Positions 46,730 through 50,230 of a DNA stretch of 50,230 nt are shown here, piece after piece. Location: the IMG/VR virus record IMGVR_UViG_3300030012_000996, positions 1 through 50,230 of that record. One strand, 5' to 3'. Origin of the DNA: a virus (taxonomy: Duplodnaviria > Caudoviricetes). The translations under genes and the position numbers were made by a program. The stretch's first letter is position 1. Every line of letters starts with the position of its first letter. Under the pieces are notes generated by a model. It saw only the letters and a program-made list of their open reading frames with translations. It was not told the DNA's origin and ran no database searches.

Positions 46730-48747
46730 TGGCAGAACAAAACTTTTTTCAAAGACTGTTCAACAGACAACCAGTTGAACAAAAAAATTCAAACATGATG
46801 GGATATTTTGGTGTTGGCACAGATGAAGCCAAGACATATAAATATGCGGACTTGGCAAAGGAAGGCTACCTTAAGAACGCAATCGTCTACCGATGCGTTA
46901 ACGAGATTTCCAAAGGAGCAAGCGCTGTACCCTTCATAATCAAAGCCGGTGATCAGATATTAGAGGAACACCCACTGATAAGCCTACTTAACAGACCTAA
47001 CCCCCTTCAATCATATAGTGAATTCTTTAACAGTCTATTCGGATATGTATTACTAAGCGGTAACGCCTACATTCTAAAAACAGGTAGCGATATGGGAGCG
47101 CCTAAGGAATTGCACCAGCTAAGGCCCGATCGCATAAACATCAAAGGCAGTGGCAAACCGATTCCTGATAAGTACGAATACATGGTCAACGGTAGGGTCG
47201 CAGCAACGTACCTAGTTGACCAGGAGAATGGATTCAGCGAACTCAAACACGTCAAACTCTGGAACCCACTTGACGATTACTACGGACTAAGTCCAATGAG
47301 TGCCGCAGCAGTAGAGGTTGACCAGTTCAACATGTCAAGCAAGCATAACGTTAATCTTCTGCAGAATGGAGCAAGACCGAGCGGTGCTGTTGTATTCAAG
47401 CCCCAAGATGATCAAGGTTTCGCCGTAAATCTTACAGAGTCACAAAGACAGCAGCTATTGACAGACATGAACAATAGATTCTCGGGGGCGAACAACGCAG
47501 GACGGCCCATGCTACTGGAGGGAGACTTTGACTGGAAGGAAATGGGCATGAGCCCTAAGGACATGGACTTCCTAAATCTTAAGCACATGAGTGCGACGGA
47601 TATAGCGCTGTGTTTCGGAGTGCCGAGCCAACTCGTAGGCGTTCCAGACAGCCAGACCTATTCTAACGTAGCAGAAGCAAGACTGGCTCTGTATGAGGAA
47701 ACAATCATTCCACATTTGAGAAAACTTTCGTCAGACCTTAACGAGTGGTTGGTGCCATTGTTTGACGATCGTTTAACATTAGAGTTTGATATTGACTCTA
47801 TTCCTGCATTATCAGAAAGAGTTAAAAGAACATATGAGAATGTGACTTCTGCAGTAAGAGAAGGAATAATGACCAGGAATGAAGCGAGAGAACAGTTAGG
47901 GCTAGAGCCTAAAGACGGTGCAGACGACCTATACATATCAGCTACTTTGTTTCCGCTTGGAGACGGTGACGTAGAGAGACCGGAGAACCCAGTCAATGAC
48001 GAGGACATGGAAGACTACGAAGACGAGGAGATTGATAAGGAGATAGCATTACTTCTAGCAGAAGAAAAGGCGTTATCAGACATAAACACAGTACCGACAA
48101 ACTCTATGGCAGAGGAAGCTGCTAGAGGCCTTGAATGGAGAAGAAAGTACAAGCGTGGCGGAACTGCTGTAGGCGTTGCACGTGCTAACCAGCTTATGAA
48201 CAAGGAAAGGTTGTCAATTTCCACTGTCAAGAGAATGCATAGCTACTTTAGCAGGCACGAGGTTGACAAAAGAGCGGAAGGTTTCAGACAGGGCGAAAAG
48301 GGTTATCCTAGCGCAGGTAGAATCGCTTGGGCTCTCTGGGGCGGAGACGCAGGTCAATCCTGGGCGAAAAAGGTAAGGGACCAGATAGAGCGCGAAGAAA
48401 ACAAGAGCGACGAAGACGAACACATACACACCGTAGAGGACACGAAAGAACTTACCGGCAAAGTTAAAAAGGCTCTGCAGAAAAAGGTTGACGACCATAA
48501 TGAGAAGTACGGAGATAATCCAGCCAAGAGAGCTACTCTTAGAATGTTAGAAGCTGTATTCCGTAGGGGAGTGGGAGCCTATAGAACGAACCCCCAAAGC
48601 GTAAGACCGAACGTTACCGGTCCTGATCAATGGGCATATGCTCGCGTGAACGCATTTATGGTTGCCCTAAGGACTGGAAGATTTAGGAATAAGCCTTTTG
48701 ACACAGACCTATTGCCGAAGGAACACCCACTGTCAAGTAAGACCTGA
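46729..48747 (+). CDS. HK97-family portal protein with two C-terminal passenger domains
   Basis: YGLSP, NGARPSG, CFGVP, MTRNEAR within the first ~420 aa, then ~240 extra residues. Confidence 0.93.
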   Translation: MAEQNFFQRLFNRQPVEQKNSNMMGYFGVGTDEAKTYKYADLAKEGYLKNAIVYRCVNEISKGASAVPFIIKAGDQILEEHPLISLLNRPNPLQSYSEFFNSLFGYVLLSGNAYILKTGSDMGAPKELHQLRPDRINIKGSGKPIPDKYEYMVNGRVAATYLVDQENGFSELKHVKLWNPLDDYYGLSPMSAAAVEVDQFNMSSKHNVNLLQNGARPSGAVVFKPQDDQGFAVNLTESQRQQLLTDMNNRFSGANNAGRPMLLEGDFDWKEMGMSPKDMDFLNLKHMSATDIALCFGVPSQLVGVPDSQTYSNVAEARLALYEETIIPHLRKLSSDLNEWLVPLFDDRLTLEFDIDSIPALSERVKRTYENVTSAVREGIMTRNEAREQLGLEPKDGADDLYISATLFPLGDGDVERPENPVNDEDMEDYEDEEIDKEIALLLAEEKALSDINTVPTNSMAEEAARGLEWRRKYKRGGTAVGVARANQLMNKERLSISTVKRMHSYFSRHEVDKRAEGFRQGEKGYPSAGRIAWALWGGDAGQSWAKKVRDQIEREENKSDEDEHIHTVEDTKELTGKVKKALQKKVDDHNEKYGDNPAKRATLRMLEAVFRRGVGAYRTNPQSVRPNVTGPDQWAYARVNAFMVALRTGRFRNKPFDTDLLPKEHPLSSKT

Positions 48748-48766
48748 TTCAGACGTTGATTGGAGT

Positions 48767-49591
48767 ATGCGTTTGAATCGGGCACATAATCAAAAAAAAA
48801 TAAACAACTTCAGACAGGGCCGTATAAACTCTAGGCTTGAAGTTAGACGACAGCTTGTCCTAAGAAACAACCTAGAAAAAAGATTTTTTAGAAAGCTAAA
48901 CACGCTATTTAGAAAGTTCATCAATGTTCATATGCATCTATATAAACAATATGGGATATACGAGCAGGGCGTAGCAGCCGAAAGTCTTAACGAAGACCTT
49001 TTCCCTTTGATGCTTTCGCATTACCGCAGAACATTCCAAGCAATGTATAAGTTCAACGAAGATAAATACGAGAGAATGAGAAAGGCGGAAGAAGCCTTCG
49101 TTTTCGGTAGAAGCACCGACTTTGAAGCCGTAGTTAACGAATACTTCAATAGCAGACAGTTAATACTGTCTGGAATATCAGCAAGACTAGCGAGTAGAAT
49201 TTCAAGAACCATTGAAATAGCCAGAGCTGAAAACCTCACGTTGCCACAGATAGCAAAACTCGTTTCGGATAAGTTTTTACCTATAGGAAGAAGTCGGGCC
49301 GCTTTGATAGCCAGGACTGAAACCCATAATGCCGCTTCATTTGCTAACCACTCATACCACCTAAGCGTAGAGAGAGACTTAGGCGTAAAAATGCAAAAGC
49401 AATGGGTAGCGACCAACGACGCCAGAACCAGACAGACTCACGCTGCGGCAAGTGGACAGACCGTAGACATGTCGGAAGATTTCATTGTAGGCGGTGTGCC
49501 TATGAGTTTTGCAGGAGACTCAAGGGGTGGTGCAGCTAACGTTATTAACTGCAGGTGTGTAATAGTCTACGCGGACGAGAGGGATATGTAG
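48767..49591 (+). CDS. minor head protein (SPP1 gp7 / Mu gpF family)
   Basis: RAALIARTET, KQW....D.RTR.TH, INCRC; GGAG RBS. Confidence 0.9.
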   Translation: MRLNRAHNQKKINNFRQGRINSRLEVRRQLVLRNNLEKRFFRKLNTLFRKFINVHMHLYKQYGIYEQGVAAESLNEDLFPLMLSHYRRTFQAMYKFNEDKYERMRKAEEAFVFGRSTDFEAVVNEYFNSRQLILSGISARLASRISRTIEIARAENLTLPQIAKLVSDKFLPIGRSRAALIARTETHNAASFANHSYHLSVERDLGVKMQKQWVATNDARTRQTHAAASGQTVDMSEDFIVGGVPMSFAGDSRGGAANVINCRCVIVYADERDM

Positions 49592-49686
49592 CTAGTGTGA
49601 TAGGGAACAAACAGGAGACGCACTTGGAATTCCCTACCTCGCAGCTTCACTAGCAAAACTGTTAACGTACCAAGTGGTTTTCATGC
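49591..49686 (-). ncRNA. candidate small kissing-loop/pseudoknot RNA
   Basis: Three 7-bp and one 5-bp perfect complementary pairs within ~90 nt; TATAAT on the minus strand at 49698-49693. Strand is inferred. Confidence 0.45.
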
Positions 49687-49715
49687 ATATTTATTATACA
49701 CCATGAATTTAGGCT

Positions 49716-49748
49716 AAAAGACGGCCCACAGATCAGTGGGCTTTATTT
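49716..49748. terminator. hairpin, probably a bidirectional terminator
   Basis: GGCCCAC-AGATCA-GTGGGCT with T-rich flanks on both strands; contains the stop of the leftward gene. Confidence 0.55.
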
Positions 49749-50230
49749 ACTATCTCGTAATCCTTAGTAACTATGCCAATATCCTTGTTACCTCTGAAGT
49801 GAGCTTTGACAAAGCTGATTTTTCCGTCTCTATATCTTCTGATGTGCTTCCTGACAGCGTGGAATGCTCTACCTTCGCTGTTCCCAGTGCTTTTACAATC
49901 ACCCTCTGTCGTTCCAAACAAATCAAGTTTCAAAACCTTGTGCTCATACTTAGGCTTTGCGCGTAACTCCGAAACGGAAAACTTTTTGCTCAAAGGCACT
50001 AACTTAGCGTTTTCCTTAGTGATTCCTTTCACACTAGATGTGTTAGTTATCTGTGGATAGGTAAGCATAAGACATAACCTACAATGAACGTTGAGTATCA
50101 TACCAACGAAATTGTTTAGGCTTGCGTTGTTGTACATACCGCCGTGTGTGTCCGATCCAGTGTCGGTATATTCATAGAAACTGCTTTCCTCTGGCAACCA
50201 AAAGGTGTAGCCTGAAAACTCGTTCTTATC
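49733..50230 (-). CDS. 3' part of the junction-spanning ~355-aa protein
   Basis: C-terminal HAVRKHIRRY..G....VKAHFRG....G...KDY basic motif. Confidence 0.8.
   Translation of the reverse strand, partial: DKNEFSGYTFWLPEESSFYEYTDTGSDTHGGMYNNASLNNFVGMILNVHCRLCLMLTYPQITNTSSVKGITKENAKLVPLSKKFSVSELRAKPKYEHKVLKLDLFGTTEGDCKSTGNSEGRAFHAVRKHIRRYRDGKISFVKAHFRGNKDIGIVTKDYEIVNKAH
50154..50230. repeat. copy of bases 1-77
   Basis: Exact match. Confidence 0.95.

Noticed and set aside
50154-50230. Biological terminal repeat or att site
   Set aside because: Length equals a standard assembly k-mer and it lies mid-gene; best explained as circular overlap.
1-50230. Stop-codon reassignment
   Set aside because: Genes are full-length and densely packed under the standard code, and all three stop codons are used.

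Overview
The window is an apparently complete, circularly assembled genome (about 50,153 bp unique; bases 1-77 repeat at 50154-50230) of a tailed dsDNA siphovirus with an HK97-type head. The host is probably an aquatic Gram-negative bacterium, inferred from the spanin pair, lipoboxes and marine-phage-type hypothetical genes. The rightward late region runs terS-terL-portal-minor head-(leftward two-gene insert)-protease-major capsid, then a 12.7-kb fibre/decoration block, neck and tail genes with a -1 frameshifted chaperone, a secreted-protein operon and lysis genes. The mostly leftward early region carries a 2OG-Fe(II) oxygenase, micro-ORFs, Vsr, Sak-like annealing protein, exonuclease, primase-helicase and initiator, plus a rightward Cro-ParB-C5 methyltransferase block. 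I saw no integrase, DNA polymerase, tRNA or CRISPR array. The most unusual signals are: (1) a promoter- and terminator-bounded, heavily base-paired ~350-nt non-coding transcript (27866-28213, minus) back-to-back with an operon of exported Asn/Thr-rich and acidic Cys-rich proteins; (2) a ~95-nt kissing-loop/pseudoknot RNA candidate inside the head cluster; (3) passenger domains fused to portal and protease behind possible protease sites; (4) a 16-bp motif marking four leftward promoters; (5) apparent genome-wide absence of TCGA and GATGG/CCATC. All calls come from reading by eye; no searches or folding programs were run.
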